DNA from: Schizosaccharomyces osmophilus
Lineage: Eukaryota
Direction of reading: 5' to 3'
DNA length: 64,000 nucleotides
Assembly (NCBI RefSeq): GCF_027921745.1
Contig: NC_079240.1
Coordinates: forward strand, 1,240,001-1,304,000
In this document: positions 12,439 to 24,818 of the stretch, in pieces
How positions within the stretch are numbered: the first letter of the stretch is position 1
How the letters are laid out: the number at the start of each line of letters is the position of its first letter
Translations under genes and position numbers: made by a program
Notes under the pieces: generated by a model
What the model was told of the DNA's origin: nothing
What the model saw: only the letters and a program-made list of their open reading frames with translations
Databases searched by the model: none

Positions 12439-12884
12439 ATGAAGTATCTTGCTGCTTACCTCCTCTTGACCGTTGGCGGAAAGAACGCTCCCTCTGTCCC
12501 TGACATCGAGAATGTCCTCTCCACCGTTGGTGTTGAAGTTGAATCTCAGCGTGTTGAATCTTTGCTCAAGGAACTTGAAGGCAAGAACGTGGAAGAGTTG
12601 ATTGCTACCGGTAACGAAAAGCTCGCTACCGTTCCTTCCGGTGGTGCTGCTGCTGCTGCTGCCCCTGCTGCTGGTGGTGATGCTCCTGCTGCTGAAGAAT
12701 CTAAGAAGGAAGAGGCCAAGCAAGAGGAAGAATCTGATGAAGACGTAAGTTACGATTATAGTACTTTTATGTGTTCATTCGTTAAGTTATTCGCTTACGG
12801 AATAATGCTTACAAAGTGCTTTGATTTTAAACAAAAATTACAGACGCTAACTATGTTTAGATGGGCTTTGGCTTGTTCGACTAA
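12439..12884 (+). CDS. rpp2: 60S acidic ribosomal protein P2; intron 12745-12860
   Basis: [10 protein letters not shown]...Ala-rich hinge...EEESDED, then GTAAGT..CTAAC..TAG, then MGFGLFD*. Confidence 0.97.
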
Positions 12885-13259
12885 GAATGTCAATAAAATC
12901 TATCTTTGTATTGTTGATAAAATGAATTTCCTGAGCGTAAAAGTAAAACAATATTATATATGTTGTAAGAAAATTGTAGCAGGTACGGTTTGCTGTGTAC
13001 CAGCTATAATAGTATGCAGCTGACGGATAAACAACTATGATTATTAAATAATGATTCTAAGTATCGTAAAAAGAAGATTTTAATTCATGAAGGGAGAGTT
13101 TCTGGAAATAATAAACTTCAAAGGAAAAGGTACTTGTCCAAGTTGTTTCAAAGCAAAAAGATTAAATGTGGGTATGTGACAGAAGAGACTGATATGAGTT
13201 GTTATCTTTTTTCTATCAAATTTATCTTTGAGACACGCTCTTCCTTTGCTTATTGATAA

Positions 13260-14039
13260 TTACTTTTCCTTTTTTGGGACCTTTTTGGATTTCGATTTGG
13301 ACTTGGGTTGCGATTTTGGTTTGGCATATCTGTTCTCCAATGCAGTGATCATATCGTCTATCCGATTCTTCTGTCGAGATCGAATGATTGCTCCTAAAGC
13401 CTCTTCACCGCTTTCGTCGGTTTTTTTTCGTTTGTTGAGCTTCTCATCAAGCCCAAGTTCTTTCGCCAATTCTTCAGCTTCTTGGGCCTCCTTTTCAGCT
13501 GCACGAACACGCTTTTTACGGGACTTTTCATTTGGTTTGTAAAGTTTGTATTTGGGTATGACTCCTTGGGAGATTGCTTCATCGATCATGTTTCGAAAGC
13601 GTTCCTCATCGCTGATTTCGCTACACATGACTTCTTCCAAAATACCATCCATCGATCCTTTCCGGCGCTCGTAAGCTTCAAAAACATCCTTCTTTTCTTC
13701 CTCTGAGTTCTGATAGGAAGCTTTAAACTCGGTCACAGTGTCTCCGGAGACAACTCCGCTGTACATTTCATCAAGCCATTCTTTCCAATCAAATTCCAAA
13801 CCGTCCTCGCTCAAATTTGTAGATCCTGTAGTATCAAAGTGTTTTCGTTTCTTTTCATCACTTAAAATGCCATATGCTAATGCTATTTTATCAAATTCTG
13901 TTCTCGCTGATTCCTTTTTCTCATCATCCTGGATTTTGTCCGGGTGGAATTGTAGTGCCTTTTTACGATATGCTCGTCGAATCTCTTCACTCTTTGCATC
14001 TTTTTGAATGCTCAATACCTCGTAGGGGTTAAGTTCCAT
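13260..14039 (-). CDS. djc9: DNAJC9-family J-domain protein (histone co-chaperone)
   Basis: J domain with HPD, plus the DNAJC9-type SYQNSEEEK.D, EKEAQEAEE and ALENRY motifs; ATG 14039. Confidence 0.85.
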   Translation of the reverse strand: MELNPYEVLSIQKDAKSEEIRRAYRKKALQFHPDKIQDDEKKESARTEFDKIALAYGILSDEKKRKHFDTTGSTNLSEDGLEFDWKEWLDEMYSGVVSGDTVTEFKASYQNSEEEKKDVFEAYERRKGSMDGILEEVMCSEISDEERFRNMIDEAISQGVIPKYKLYKPNEKSRKKRVRAAEKEAQEAEELAKELGLDEKLNKRKKTDESGEEALGAIIRSRQKNRIDDMITALENRYAKPKSQPKSKSKSKKVPKKEK

Positions 14040-14903
14040 GGTCAAGAAAATAAGATGGTTCTAGTTAGATTTCTCACCGTACGTTTCCCAGATAATTCGA
14101 CAGGCAATTGCTCTCTGAGATTGTATTTTACAAAATAAGCATGCTCGACCCAAAATCAATTTTTAAATTTCTTACACTTTAAACAAGTAAAGAAGTCGAC
14201 GTTGCTAGTACAATAGAATTTATTTAACAAACCACGAAACTACGACATTATCTTAAAGTCAATGATGTCCTTTTAACAAATTCATCTATGGTAAAATACT
14301 CTTATGGTTCACACAATAAAGAATAGTCCTTGACCACATGCGAATCAATAAATTTTTCACATTCATTCAATTTCTTTCTTAAAGTAATGAAGCAAGTGTA
14401 AAGTCAATCAAAAAGAAAAGCAAATGTCTTTGCAAAGTTCTACAATTGGAAACGTTCATAGTCCTCTTCCTGAAACATCGCCAAAATCTCTTGTAGTCAC
14501 GATCTCTGAAGCAGACTCAATTCAAAATTTTGGTCCAATACGACATTCAACTAAGGAAGATTCCTTTTATTAAAGTCGAATCTGCGTAAATACCACACCT
14601 CACGACTTCCCACAATGTTACAAGACTACCGACCACAGAGAACAGCTTCATATATACAAGATTGAATTAGAATTAAATTGCTTTTTTTATTCACTAGCTT
14701 ATAAACAATTATTCTTCGTATATCTATTTAGATATCAAATATTGAATTAGATCAGACGTATTTTCACTAATCAAACGGACAATTCAAGTTCCGTTAACAA
14801 AATCAAGGCATATTGAAATTAATAAACACTTTCTATATATATATATTAGGGGATGAAAGAACAGAACGTTCAATATAAACATTAATTATGTTACAACGTT
14901 GGC

Positions 14904-17723
14904 TTAAGCATCGCCCTTCTCATGGTGAGTAGAAGTGCGTTGCAAGGCAACAACAAGGTCTTCAACAGAGCGTTTGTCTCTGCTCTCACGGGGCTTACCG
15001 TTCATAAAGCGGTCGAAAGCGGTAGATTCAGACAAGATGTAGTAGAAACCGGCCATGATACAGAACACACCGAAAGAGTAGATCCAGATACGAAGAACGG
15101 CAACAATAGAGGTTTGATGACCACCCTTGAACCAACCGAAGATACAGAAGATGGTAGCGAGAATATCGACAACCAAGACAGCACCAGACAATTGCCAAGA
15201 AGGGATAGAGGACCAGAAAGGACCATTGCAACGAGTAACGAAAATCAACCAGTTCTCAGTAAGAGAGATTTCAAGGAACAAAACTTCGTCTTGAACACCA
15301 AAGTTTTGAACAATACCACGGTTTTGACCTTGAGCAATCATAGTGGTGTTGGTAATCCAGGTACCGACGGCCAAAACAATACCGACAACGGTGGAGAGAC
15401 CCCACAGACGAGGCAAGTTCCACTTGACGGGTCTCGCAGAGTAAGGAGCATTGTCATAAGCAATAGCCAAAGTAGCAACATCAGCGAAAATAGCAATGAA
15501 GACGATCAATTCCAAGTTGAGCAAACGGTTTTGAATGATAATCCAGAGACCCAAGAAGATTTCCAAGTGAAGAGACAAGGCAATACGGTAGACAACGTAT
15601 GAGTACATACGGTGGAAAATTTGACGAGAAGTCTTAAGAGCATCAATGATAGCAGAAAGACCGGGAGCCAAAAAGACAATATCAGCAGCAGAACGGGCAG
15701 CATCAGTAGCACCTTCGACGGCGATACCAGTATCAGCCTTCTTCAAAGAGGGAGCATCGTTAACACCATCACCAGTCATAGCAACCAAGTAACCACGTTG
15801 TTGGAGAATATCGACGCAAGCGAACTTGTGTTGAGGGAAAACTTCACCGAAACCATCAGCAGCCTCAACGAAGTCGTAAACTTCATTACCAGGCATGTTA
15901 CCACCACCAGTAATACCGAGTTGTTCAGCGTTGAAGATGTTAGTGCCCATACCCAATTGGCGAGCAGTTTCCTTAGCAATATCGACGGCATCACCGGTAA
16001 GCATCTTAACACGGAGACCCAAACGCTTAGCTTCAGAGATAGTACGGCCAGTGTCATCACGAGGAGGATCAGAGCAGGGCATGATACCCATGATTTGCCA
16101 GTTTTCACCATCGAACTTACGAGCGACACCCAAAGAACGGTAACCACGAGAGGCCAAGTCACCAACCTTCTCCTTGTAGGCCTTCAAGACTTCTTCATCA
16201 ATAGCATGAGATTCTTCAACCATCTTCAAAATCCAGAGAGGAGCACCCTTGGCGCAAGTGATTCGCTTGCCTTCGGGAGATTCGACGTAGGCAGTAACCT
16301 TCTTGGATACGGGATCGAAAGGTTGGAAGTGGATAACCTTGTACTTGGAGAGAGTGTTCTTGGGGCCAGGGTAGTTCTTCAAAGCCTTCAAGAAAGACTT
16401 GTCGATGGGATCCAAACCCTTACGCTTACGGGAGGCAGCCAAACAGGCAGTCAAGACCAAGTCGTCACCAGAGACACCAGAGACAGTGAAGGGTTCACCC
16501 AAAGAGAGTTTGTTCTTGGTCAAAGTACCAGTCTTGTCGGAGCAAAGAACTTCGACACCAGCGAGAGATTCGATAGCAGAAAGCTTTTGAACAATAGCTC
16601 TCTTTTGAGCCAAGTAAGCGGCACCGACAGCCATAGTGGTGGTAACGACGGCGGGAAGACCGACGGGGACACCAATAATGGTGATGGCAAGAGTGTATTC
16701 CAAAAGACGGGCAATACGAACGGAACGGTAGAAAGCAGCAGTGTAGATACAGAAGAGAGTAAACAAGACAAGGACCAAAAGAACAGTACCGATACCGTTA
16801 AGGACTTCGGTAAAGTGACCAGTACCACCAGAAGCGGCGTTGACCAAAGCAGCAGCACGACCGACGAAAGTAGAGTCACCAGTGTGGGTAACAACCATGA
16901 AACCTTCACCACGCTTGACACCAGAGGAAGCGTAGGTGGGGTCGTTGTGGCTCTTTTCGACGGCAAGAGATTCACCAGTAATAGCAGATTGGTCAACTTG
17001 CAAGTTAACGTTTTCGGAGACGATACGGCCATCAGCACAGATAATAGTACCTTCGTCCATGTGGAGGATATCACCAGGGACGACTTCGTTAGCCTCAACT
17101 TCTTGGATGTGACCATCACGCATGACAACGGCCTTCAAGGCAAGAGACTTCTTCAATTCATCGACAATGGAACCAGCTTGGAATTCTTGAACGAAACCGA
17201 CAACGGCGTTAAGCAAGAGAAGAGCGCAAATGACACCAAAATCGACCCAGTCACGAAGACCAGCGGCAAGAGCGGCAGCGGCTTCCATAACGAATTGAAT
17301 GGGACCGACGAAAAACATGAGGAACTTGAGAAAGCCGTTCTCGGACTCTTCCTTCATTTGGTTCAAACCGTACTTCTTACGACGTTCGTCAACTTCAGAA
17401 GAGGACAAACCGGTTTGAATGGAGGTTTGAAGAAGTTCTTCGGGAACAGGCTTGGCTTCACCGGCAGCAGTTTCCTCAGTCTCCTCTTCTTCATCGTGAA
17501 CATCTTCGGAGAAGAGTTCCTCGATGAGTTCGTCAATGTTCTCATCGGGTTCGTCATTCTCTTCTGAGTCTTCTTGGGGAGCAGAGGCAGGAGGAGCATG
17601 TTCCTCTTGTTGATATGAGGACTCTTCCACTTCTTGCTCTTGCTCTTGTTGGTGGGGCACCTGCTTTTCAGCGTCCTGGTATTCACCAGTGTGATTAGGG
17701 AAATGATCAACTTTGTCAGACAT
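14904..17723 (-). CDS. pma1: plasma-membrane P-type H+-ATPase
   Basis: CSDKTGTLT phosphorylation motif, TGES, KGAP, MLTGD and [15 protein letters not shown]; strong codon bias; ATG 17723 (MSDKVDHF). Confidence 0.97.
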   Translation of the reverse strand: MSDKVDHFPNHTGEYQDAEKQVPHQQEQEQEVEESSYQQEEHAPPASAPQEDSEENDEPDENIDELIEELFSEDVHDEEEETEETAAGEAKPVPEELLQTSIQTGLSSSEVDERRKKYGLNQMKEESENGFLKFLMFFVGPIQFVMEAAAALAAGLRDWVDFGVICALLLLNAVVGFVQEFQAGSIVDELKKSLALKAVVMRDGHIQEVEANEVVPGDILHMDEGTIICADGRIVSENVNLQVDQSAITGESLAVEKSHNDPTYASSGVKRGEGFMVVTHTGDSTFVGRAAALVNAASGGTGHFTEVLNGIGTVLLVLVLFTLFCIYTAAFYRSVRIARLLEYTLAITIIGVPVGLPAVVTTTMAVGAAYLAQKRAIVQKLSAIESLAGVEVLCSDKTGTLTKNKLSLGEPFTVSGVSGDDLVLTACLAASRKRKGLDPIDKSFLKALKNYPGPKNTLSKYKVIHFQPFDPVSKKVTAYVESPEGKRITCAKGAPLWILKMVEESHAIDEEVLKAYKEKVGDLASRGYRSLGVARKFDGENWQIMGIMPCSDPPRDDTGRTISEAKRLGLRVKMLTGDAVDIAKETARQLGMGTNIFNAEQLGITGGGNMPGNEVYDFVEAADGFGEVFPQHKFACVDILQQRGYLVAMTGDGVNDAPSLKKADTGIAVEGATDAARSAADIVFLAPGLSAIIDALKTSRQIFHRMYSYVVYRIALSLHLEIFLGLWIIIQNRLLNLELIVFIAIFADVATLAIAYDNAPYSARPVKWNLPRLWGLSTVVGIVLAVGTWITNTTMIAQGQNRGIVQNFGVQDEVLFLEISLTENWLIFVTRCNGPFWSSIPSWQLSGAVLVVDILATIFCIFGWFKGGHQTSIVAVLRIWIYSFGVFCIMAGFYYILSESTAFDRFMNGKPRESRDKRSVEDLVVALQRTSTHHEKGDA

Positions 17724-18880
17724 TTTGAACAAACTATGTAGGACTTAAGTGCGAAGAATTTTTGCAATACAAAAATCCAAAAAGAAAGTGATTAATAAAA
17801 AATCCAAATTTAGAAACTTTTATGAGAAAAGTTCCAAGAAATTAGAAATTGAAACAAAGGATATACTTAGGAAATTCAAGCAAACGAAAAACGAAAAACA
17901 GAAAAAGACGATCGTTTTCGAATTAGGATAAGAGCGAAAAAAGGGCTCTAAAATTATATCGAAAAACGAACGAACGGGTATAATGGGAATCCGGAAATCC
18001 TAAATGAATGGTTTAGGATTGAAGTTTGCTGTTGCGAAAACGACAATAGCAAAACTCAAAAGAAGCCCTAAAGAAAAGAAAGTTTCACACAAAAATTGCA
18101 AAAAGAAGCAAGTTTGTGAGAAAAATTCTGAAAGCGGTAAGAAAATGAATGAATGTTTCTTAGCCTTGGAAAACCTTTTTCAAATGGTCGCGTCTGTGAA
18201 AAACGACAGAGAAAGAGGTAAAGTTTTGGAATCTAAAAAGAAATCAAAACGATCAAGTAGTTGGATATACAAGAAAAAAAGGAAAGAAAACGTCAATGTC
18301 AACAACTCAAAGAGAAAGAAAAAGTTCTTTTTCTAAAAAGTTGAAACACAAAAGTTTTCAAGCACAAAGGATAGTTTTGTGTATGTCTTTTTTTTTTTTC
18401 TTCTAACAGTAGTTAGCGAAAGACACTAAGCTAATGTTAAGAGTATAGTGTTCCAAAACTTTCGGGCTTGAGAGGAACTTTGGAGCGTAGGGGAGGTGGA
18501 GCCTACTTATACCAAAAATTGGCAGGACGAAAAAGCAGGAACGGTGCAAAAGTGGTCACGTGTAACGAGAAGGAACGGAGGTCGGCAATAGGATGATTTC
18601 GTCGCTAAGAAACATCTAGACAAGGTAGATAGGTGGGAGGGTTTCATCATTGGATAAAAATGTGCTGGTTTCGAGCCGCTAGCAAATCAAGCCGACGCAA
18701 TGATGTCATGTTACCGGTAGATAAGGGTAGGGATGGGTCGTACGAACTTTAGGAGCGGAAAAAGGTTCGTGGTGGAAGGAGGGGGAAGGGAACGCAAAGA
18801 AGGTTCGCAAATGGGTTGGGTTTGGCCTTTAATGGATGGCAGAGATTGGGAGGGGGAGAAAAACAGGGAAAGAGGGGTGG

Positions 18881-18904
18881 CAGATGACAGATGACAGATG
18901 ACAG
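18881..18904. repeat. short tandem repeat (CAGATGA)3+ in the pma1 upstream region
   Basis: cagatgacagatgacagatgacag read directly from the sequence. Confidence 0.7.
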
Positions 18905-20544
18905 GAGGCCTCAGGCCAGATGGGAAGAGTTGTACGAAAAGGTAAATAAACAAACAACAATTGATGGTTGCTAGAAAAGAAAAAAGAATTACCAATTCAA
19001 ATACGAATGAAAGTATCAATAAAAATACAAATTTCTATTTCATAACAATGAATCAAATTCACTGTTATCCATTTATCCATTCGAGACGCGTAGTGTAAAA
19101 CCTCTCGGTAAACATCTTGGAAGACCTGCCATGCCTGAATATTGAATCGTCCGCTCTGGTTCTATGCATTCGTACAGTAGACTGGACTAGATTACGTTAT
19201 TTGATATCAACCTCAACATCCATCATGTGACCCGAACCTTTGTTACTGGAAAGGAATCTGTTCGTGGCGATTGAATTCTGTTTTATGTTTTAGTTGTCTC
19301 TAGTTGTTACAAGGTCGTATTCATTGTATACCGATTGTTTTAAGAGTTGGTTGTTTTTTTTTTTTTTTTTTTCTTCTAATCTGTCGTCTGTGGTCTGTGG
19401 TCTCTCGTGTCTCTCCCGCCACTCTCGTCCGACTCGATTTGCTTATCCGCGACTCTACTAGCCTTCCGGACATGATGACGCCTTTTGGTAGAATCGGTAT
19501 TGGATTGGTTAACGCGCAACGGCCATCTACTGAAATATGGCAGAAAGAGGGGTAACGGGCCGCACTGTAGATTTTATTATTATTGTAATTGTTATTGTTA
19601 TTTTTATTACTATTACTATAATTCAAAAATGGTTGGAAGATGAGAGACAGTGTGCGACTGAGGAGGAGGAGAAGGCGGAAAGGAAAGGAATGATGAGGGG
19701 TAAAAGAGGAGAAATCGTTTGAGCAACGTTCATCCAGATCGAGTAGATCGAGCATTCTAAGCCAGGCTAAACTTTAATTTTCAAATGGCTGGGAATACAT
19801 ATACGGTAAATAGTAGCAATTCCCTATTTTTCTTTTTCTTTTAATACTTCTTGTTGGTGGTTTTTTTGTTTTCCTTTTCTATATTAAAAGGTACGGGATT
19901 ACAAAAGAAAAGAAAAGTATTTTTGTCTTTCTTGTGTTTTGTTTTTCTATATTTTTTTTTTTTTGTTTTCCCTACGTTCGACTGTCTTTCGGCTAATCAC
20001 AGACAACAAACATGTCGTAGTGATTGTGTTTCCTTCTTTTTTTTTTTTTTTTTTTTCATTCGTCCATTGGATCCGTTCGGTTTCTCTCTCTAGTTCTTCT
20101 CAGTTCTCTTTCGTTCTCTCTCGTTCTCTCTCGTTGTGTTGCTGTGTTTGCTTTTTGTGCGAACCGTTTTCCCTCGTTGCTCTCGATTGGGGATGACCCC
20201 TTGTTTTTGGCGACGCTTCCCTTCCCTCGATTTTGTCTTGGCTCTCCCTCTTTCAGGGTGATTCACTATAACCTTGTTGCAAGCGAAAACATCCACCCAT
20301 CTCTTTCTCTCTGTCTCTTTGTCTCTCCTTGCTAGCACGGAAACCTCTGGCAAACACACAGACTATATTATATGCATACAAAATTGTTCCTTTTTCTTTC
20401 CTTATCATACTTATTTGTAAACAAACAAATGAACAATCAACGAATTTCTTGAATTTTGAAACGATTTTACGATTCCTTTTGTGTTTATTTTCTCTCTCTC
20501 TCCCCTCTCTCTCTTTTTTTTTGCAGCTTTTTTCCCTCTTCTCT

Positions 20545-21294
20545 ATGCATTCTTGGCGGTCCTTGTCGTCTCTAGGGCGTCATCGTCATCGTCATCCTTT
20601 CCCTTTCCCTTCTACCACCCTTCTCCCCTCTCGTTCTTCTTCCAACAGCTCGCCTTACTCCCATGCAGACTTCCGTGCTTTCATGCGCCACTTCGCCCAA
20701 CCCGTCGTTATCCTTTCCAGCGGGTTTCCCAATGGTCAGCAAGCCGCCATGACCGCCTCTTCCTTTACCCCTGTTTCGCTTTCTCCAAATCCCATCGTCT
20801 CCTTCAATCTCAAGGTCCCTTCTCGAACCGCCTCTGCCATTCTCCAATCTCAACGCGTCGTCGTACACCTTCTTTCTAGCTCCATCCTTCGTCACTCTCA
20901 ATGGGCCTCCATTCTTTCCCGACCGAATCATCCCACCGTCTTTCCTTCTCCATCTTCCCTTCCACCCAACCTAACCAGTCCTCCTTCGCCCCCCGCTTTC
21001 ACACACCATACCCTCTCTCCATCCGAAGTTTCCTTTAGCAAAGAAGGCATCCCCCATCTTTTGGATAGTCTTGGTCTCTTGCATTGCTCCATTCTCCGCT
21101 CTATCCCCGTCCAAGATCATCTCTTGTTCCTTGCTACTGTCGACCGCGTCGAGCACGGTTCCATTCCCCTCTCCCAATCCGGTGGCCTCGTCTATTACAA
21201 TCGACAATACTGTTCCGTTTCTCCCATCCAACCTTCTTCTCCCTCTACTTCTACTTCTTGCAAGAAACAATCGAATCAAGACGACCGGCCTTGA
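20545..21294 (+). CDS. flavin reductase-like (FMN-binding split barrel) oxidoreductase, possibly mitochondrial
   Basis: FRAFMRHFAQPVVI, AMTASSFTPVSLSPNPIVSFN, DHLLF and LVYYNRQY; Arg/Ser-rich presequence-like N-terminus from ATG 20545. Confidence 0.85.
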   Translation: MHSWRSLSSLGRHRHRHPFPFPSTTLLPSRSSSNSSPYSHADFRAFMRHFAQPVVILSSGFPNGQQAAMTASSFTPVSLSPNPIVSFNLKVPSRTASAILQSQRVVVHLLSSSILRHSQWASILSRPNHPTVFPSPSSLPPNLTSPPSPPAFTHHTLSPSEVSFSKEGIPHLLDSLGLLHCSILRSIPVQDHLLFLATVDRVEHGSIPLSQSGGLVYYNRQYCSVSPIQPSSPSTSTSCKKQSNQDDRP

Positions 21295-21444
21295 ACCTAC
21301 CTATCTCTCGTTCCTCTTCTTTTTCTTTACGATCTGTTTCTTTTTCTTCCTAAATTATCTATTATCTATTATCTATTTGTCTCCTTTCCATTTCTAGTTA
21401 CTTTCCAAACACACTCTAATTTCTATTTCATCTATCAAGTCTTT

Positions 21445-21918
21445 TTATCTAACCACCTTTTGAATAAAGTTTCTTGAAAAATCTACCAATTGCTCATAGC
21501 ATAATTGGAATCCATCATCTCCTCCATAATAAGGATCCTCTACGATCTTAGAGACGCCTGTGCTGCCATAGTCTCCAAACAATGCAACTTGAGTCTTCGC
21601 ATCACTTGGGCACACCCGTTTGATGTTTTGCAGGTTCGATCGGTCCATCGCGAATACGTAGTCAAACTTTTTGAAATCTGTCAGTTTTAATTTTCGCGCC
21701 AAATGTTCCGTATAGATTCCATTTGCAGTCAACACATCCACCGTACGAGGATCAGGCAAGTTGCCTACGTGCCATGCTCCCGTACCACAACTGTCAATAA
21801 TATCAAAATGATCGCTCACGCCTGCCTTTTGCACTTCGTCTCGAAAGACGGCTTCCGCCATTGGACTTCTGCAGATATTGCCCAAGCAGACAAAAAGAAC
21901 GGATATTTTTAAAGACAT
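21445..21918 (-). CDS. stp1: low-molecular-weight protein tyrosine phosphatase
   Basis: VCLGNICRSPMAE P-loop and DPYYG; ATG 21918. Confidence 0.95.
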   Translation of the reverse strand: MSLKISVLFVCLGNICRSPMAEAVFRDEVQKAGVSDHFDIIDSCGTGAWHVGNLPDPRTVDVLTANGIYTEHLARKLKLTDFKKFDYVFAMDRSNLQNIKRVCPSDAKTQVALFGDYGSTGVSKIVEDPYYGGDDGFQLCYEQLVDFSRNFIQKVVR

Positions 21919-22330
21919 TGTCAATTCCAACAACCTTTTCAAATGACTAGTAAAACCAAAAACAATCAATTAAACTTGCTTTTCAAGAATTGTTTCCAAG
22001 TTTACCCTATATGTTTCTAATAAGGGTACTAAATGGTATACCAAAACTTTCTTTTTTCTTTTTATAACTGATTGAATCCACCAAGTTTCCAATTCTCACT
22101 TTTCAAAAAATTCAACCGCCCTTGTTTCGACGACAGGTTTGGTTCGTAGGTGTGAAAATTTCCCTAGTAGGACGTGGAATGTGGTAGAATCGTAACTCTT
22201 TGAGTGTTTTCTGTGAATAAAAAAAAAAAAAAAGACTACATTTTGTATGGTTTTGCATTCTATTTTCTCCTGTTTTTAAGAGAACTCCATTTTAAAATCG
22301 TTTTTTCTACTCTTCTTTTAATTTTCCACT

Positions 22331-23806
22331 ATGAGTAATTCAAGAAGAGAGATCTTACGTGAAGCAGCGAAAGCAAAGAAAGCAAAGCAACAAAAGCCCC
22401 AAACTGTTGACGACGTTTTTGAAGAAGCCATTGAACAAGAAGAGAGTGGAGATCGCTGGCGGCTCGATCCTGAAAAGGTAAGTTTACAAACTAGCGTGGA
22501 TAGGACAAAGTCCATATTGCATTGCTCTTACAACAAGTTTATAAGGATTGATCGTATCTCCTTACATTTACTTTTACTTTTACCATTTCAGGAGCCTCAA
22601 AACTGACCTTTTTTGTAGTGCTATCGATTCTATGATAAGGCCTCGAAAGCCTATGATGAGTACTTGGCAGCCAAGCCAAATGATTTTGATGCTTGGTTTA
22701 ACAAAGCTAGACTCTATTTAAATATGGTATCGAATTGCGATATGCTGTCAAGTAAGTCGAACCAATATCTGCAAAGCAGTATTGATCTGCATCAAAAAGC
22801 CTTGAGTCTAGAAACAAATTCCGAAGCATATTTTAACCTTGCGCAAACCCACAAGTACCTTGCTGAAAACAGCACAGAAAGTGGTTATGAGCAATTGGCA
22901 TTACCGCACATCCAGGCTGCGTTGGATGCATGCATGAAATGCTCAGTGCTTCAGCAAGAAGAATTTCTCCAAAAAAAGTTGGAGTTGGAACAAATTTTCT
23001 TTTCCGGTACTGCTAACATTGATTTTGAGAAATTTCATGCAAACGTGTCCCAGGCCGATGAAGACTCAGCCGTTCTTTTGGGAGAAATTGCTGCTTTGGC
23101 TGCGGGCACAAGTTCTTTCATGGATTCCGACTATGAAAATCTGAGTCAACTTGTGCAATCGGTTTCTGAAAAGTATGATGTATTAAAATTTATGGACTGG
23201 CACCTGGCAAGGGAAAAGCGCCTCGTATTATCAGGACAGCATTCAGAACAAGCATGGGTTAATTTATTACAAGTCTACGATGACCGCCTGTCACAACTAC
23301 CTGAACTTAACTTGCAGAATCCGTTACAGGCATCAAACGCTCCTACAAAACCCATCCATATTCAATTGCTGTGTGATAAGGCCGACGCGTTTGTAGATTT
23401 TGCGGAAACCTTAATTCAAGCACATATGCAACAAAGCTCAACTCCATCTGTGGAAGTCTTGACAAGGGCATGGAATATATACGGCCAGGCCGCAAAAGCA
23501 CTGAAATTGGCGAGCACATATGATGGCAGCCGTACGAGGATATGGATCAGTAGGGCGGATTTGGAGATTCAAAGAACAAATATTCCTCTGGCTATTGCTG
23601 AAAATTCAAAGTCTGTTTTGTTGAACAATGCAAAGGTTATGTATGAACGAGCGTACAAGGAAACTCAAACTAGAAAAACCACTAGAACGTTTTACGAAAT
23701 TGTTGTCAAACATGAGCAACTCCAAACAAAGTTGGGAATTATTCCAGTCACTTGTCTTGCTGTGATTCCTAATGAAGCAAAAGAAGACATCTTGGAGAGT
23801 CTATAG
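22331..23806 (+). CDS. conserved fungal TPR-like protein; intron 22478-22618
   Basis: Exon 1 (…EEAIEQEESGDRW..DPEK) splices via GTAAGT..CTGAC..TAG in frame to CYRFYDKA...FDAWFNKARL and the 380-aa ORF. Confidence 0.8.
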
Positions 23807-23846
23807 CTTAAAATATAGACTTAAAGAAAGAAGGAATGACAACGCA

Positions 23847-24005
23847 TCACTCTTTTCTTTGTAAACTTTTCAAATAATGTATTTTCGCCTCGTAGTATTT
23901 CATTTTGTCTGTATGGTCCTGTTTTACACTCGTCAATTGATACGCTTCACCACCGACAATTAGCCATAACAATCCAAAGGTATGCGTTGAAGACCATCGA
24001 AACAT
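23847..24005 (-). CDS. candidate 52-aa single-TM microprotein (DUF5321-like)
   Basis: ATG 24005: MFRWSSTHTFGLLWLIVGGEAYQLTSVKQDHTDKMKYYEAKIHYLKSLQRKE; one hydrophobic segment followed by a helical basic tail. Confidence 0.5.
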   Translation of the reverse strand: MFRWSSTHTFGLLWLIVGGEAYQLTSVKQDHTDKMKYYEAKIHYLKSLQRKE

Positions 24006-24818
24006 GATGAGTAAGTATGCTAATTTTCCTTTTCTATAAAGCTCGTTTCGGCAGAGTTGTGCAGCCAAACTTTGCTGTCCCTTATGATCGTCCAAGAAGA
24101 GCCCCCAAAAAAAAAACTGCTTCTTTCTTGAATGCAAGAGAACTGGAATCAAATAGAAATGCTTATTTCTTTAATCGAAGCGTTTTCTCTTCTTTCCAAA
24201 ATGGATCTAGGGTGTTTACTTCTTTACTGCTTTCTATGGAGCTTTCTTGTTCATGTTAACGAGATGTTAAATTGCTTTCGTTATCAAACAAACAAGAGAA
24301 AGATTTTTAAGTGAACGGTGAATGAAAAGAGAGGTACATTCAGCATGAATACGAAAGCAAAAGAAATGACAAGAATTTAAACGAAGCAAACACCTCGTAG
24401 TTGTGATTTTCGAGGTATTATTAATACGAATGTCAGTAAACAAAGGTTACAAAGGTAAAAACATTAGCAATAGAGACGTCTCAACGAAGGCATCTTTTTC
24501 TTAATCTACAAACAGGTAAATACAGTGTTTTGAAATGTTTGACTTTGAATGAGAGTATAGATTAGTGTTTTTTTTTTTTAATTCATAAAAGCTTTATAAA
24601 GGATACACTTTTTTTTTTTTTTGGGGGGGAATCAGATATAAACTATCATCAGAAATTTTACAAGAGTTAATCAAATTCGAACTTCCATTTCTTTGCGTAT
24701 TCAACGTAAATGAGCTCTTGAGCTGAATCACAATGACCAAAGTATAATACAGATCTTCTCATTCCCTTTATAGAATTCTGTTTGTTCCACCTTTTTGCAG
24801 TGTCAAAATTGAGTCTTA

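Noticed and set aside
15612..17567. 651-aa ORF antisense to pma1 (and the 226-aa ORF at 14922-15602)
   Set aside because: Codon-register mirror of a highly codon-biased gene; avoidance of TTA/CTA/TCA on the sense strand removes antisense stops. No recognisable motifs.
17749..20359. Many 60-144 aa Lys/Phe-rich ORFs upstream of pma1
   Set aside because: Translations of poly-A/T and CT low-complexity DNA, often with non-ATG starts.
24017..24314. Short + strand ORFs considered as a wag gene or a third remnant
   Set aside because: No coherent exon structure or recognisable motif, and partial overlap with the better-supported minus-strand frame. A homology search is needed to exclude it fully.
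24392..24416. Expected position of a third 5S copy upstream of unit 1; small ACCTCG/CGAGGT hairpin
   Set aside because: No 5S similarity visible, and a 6-bp stem is not significant.
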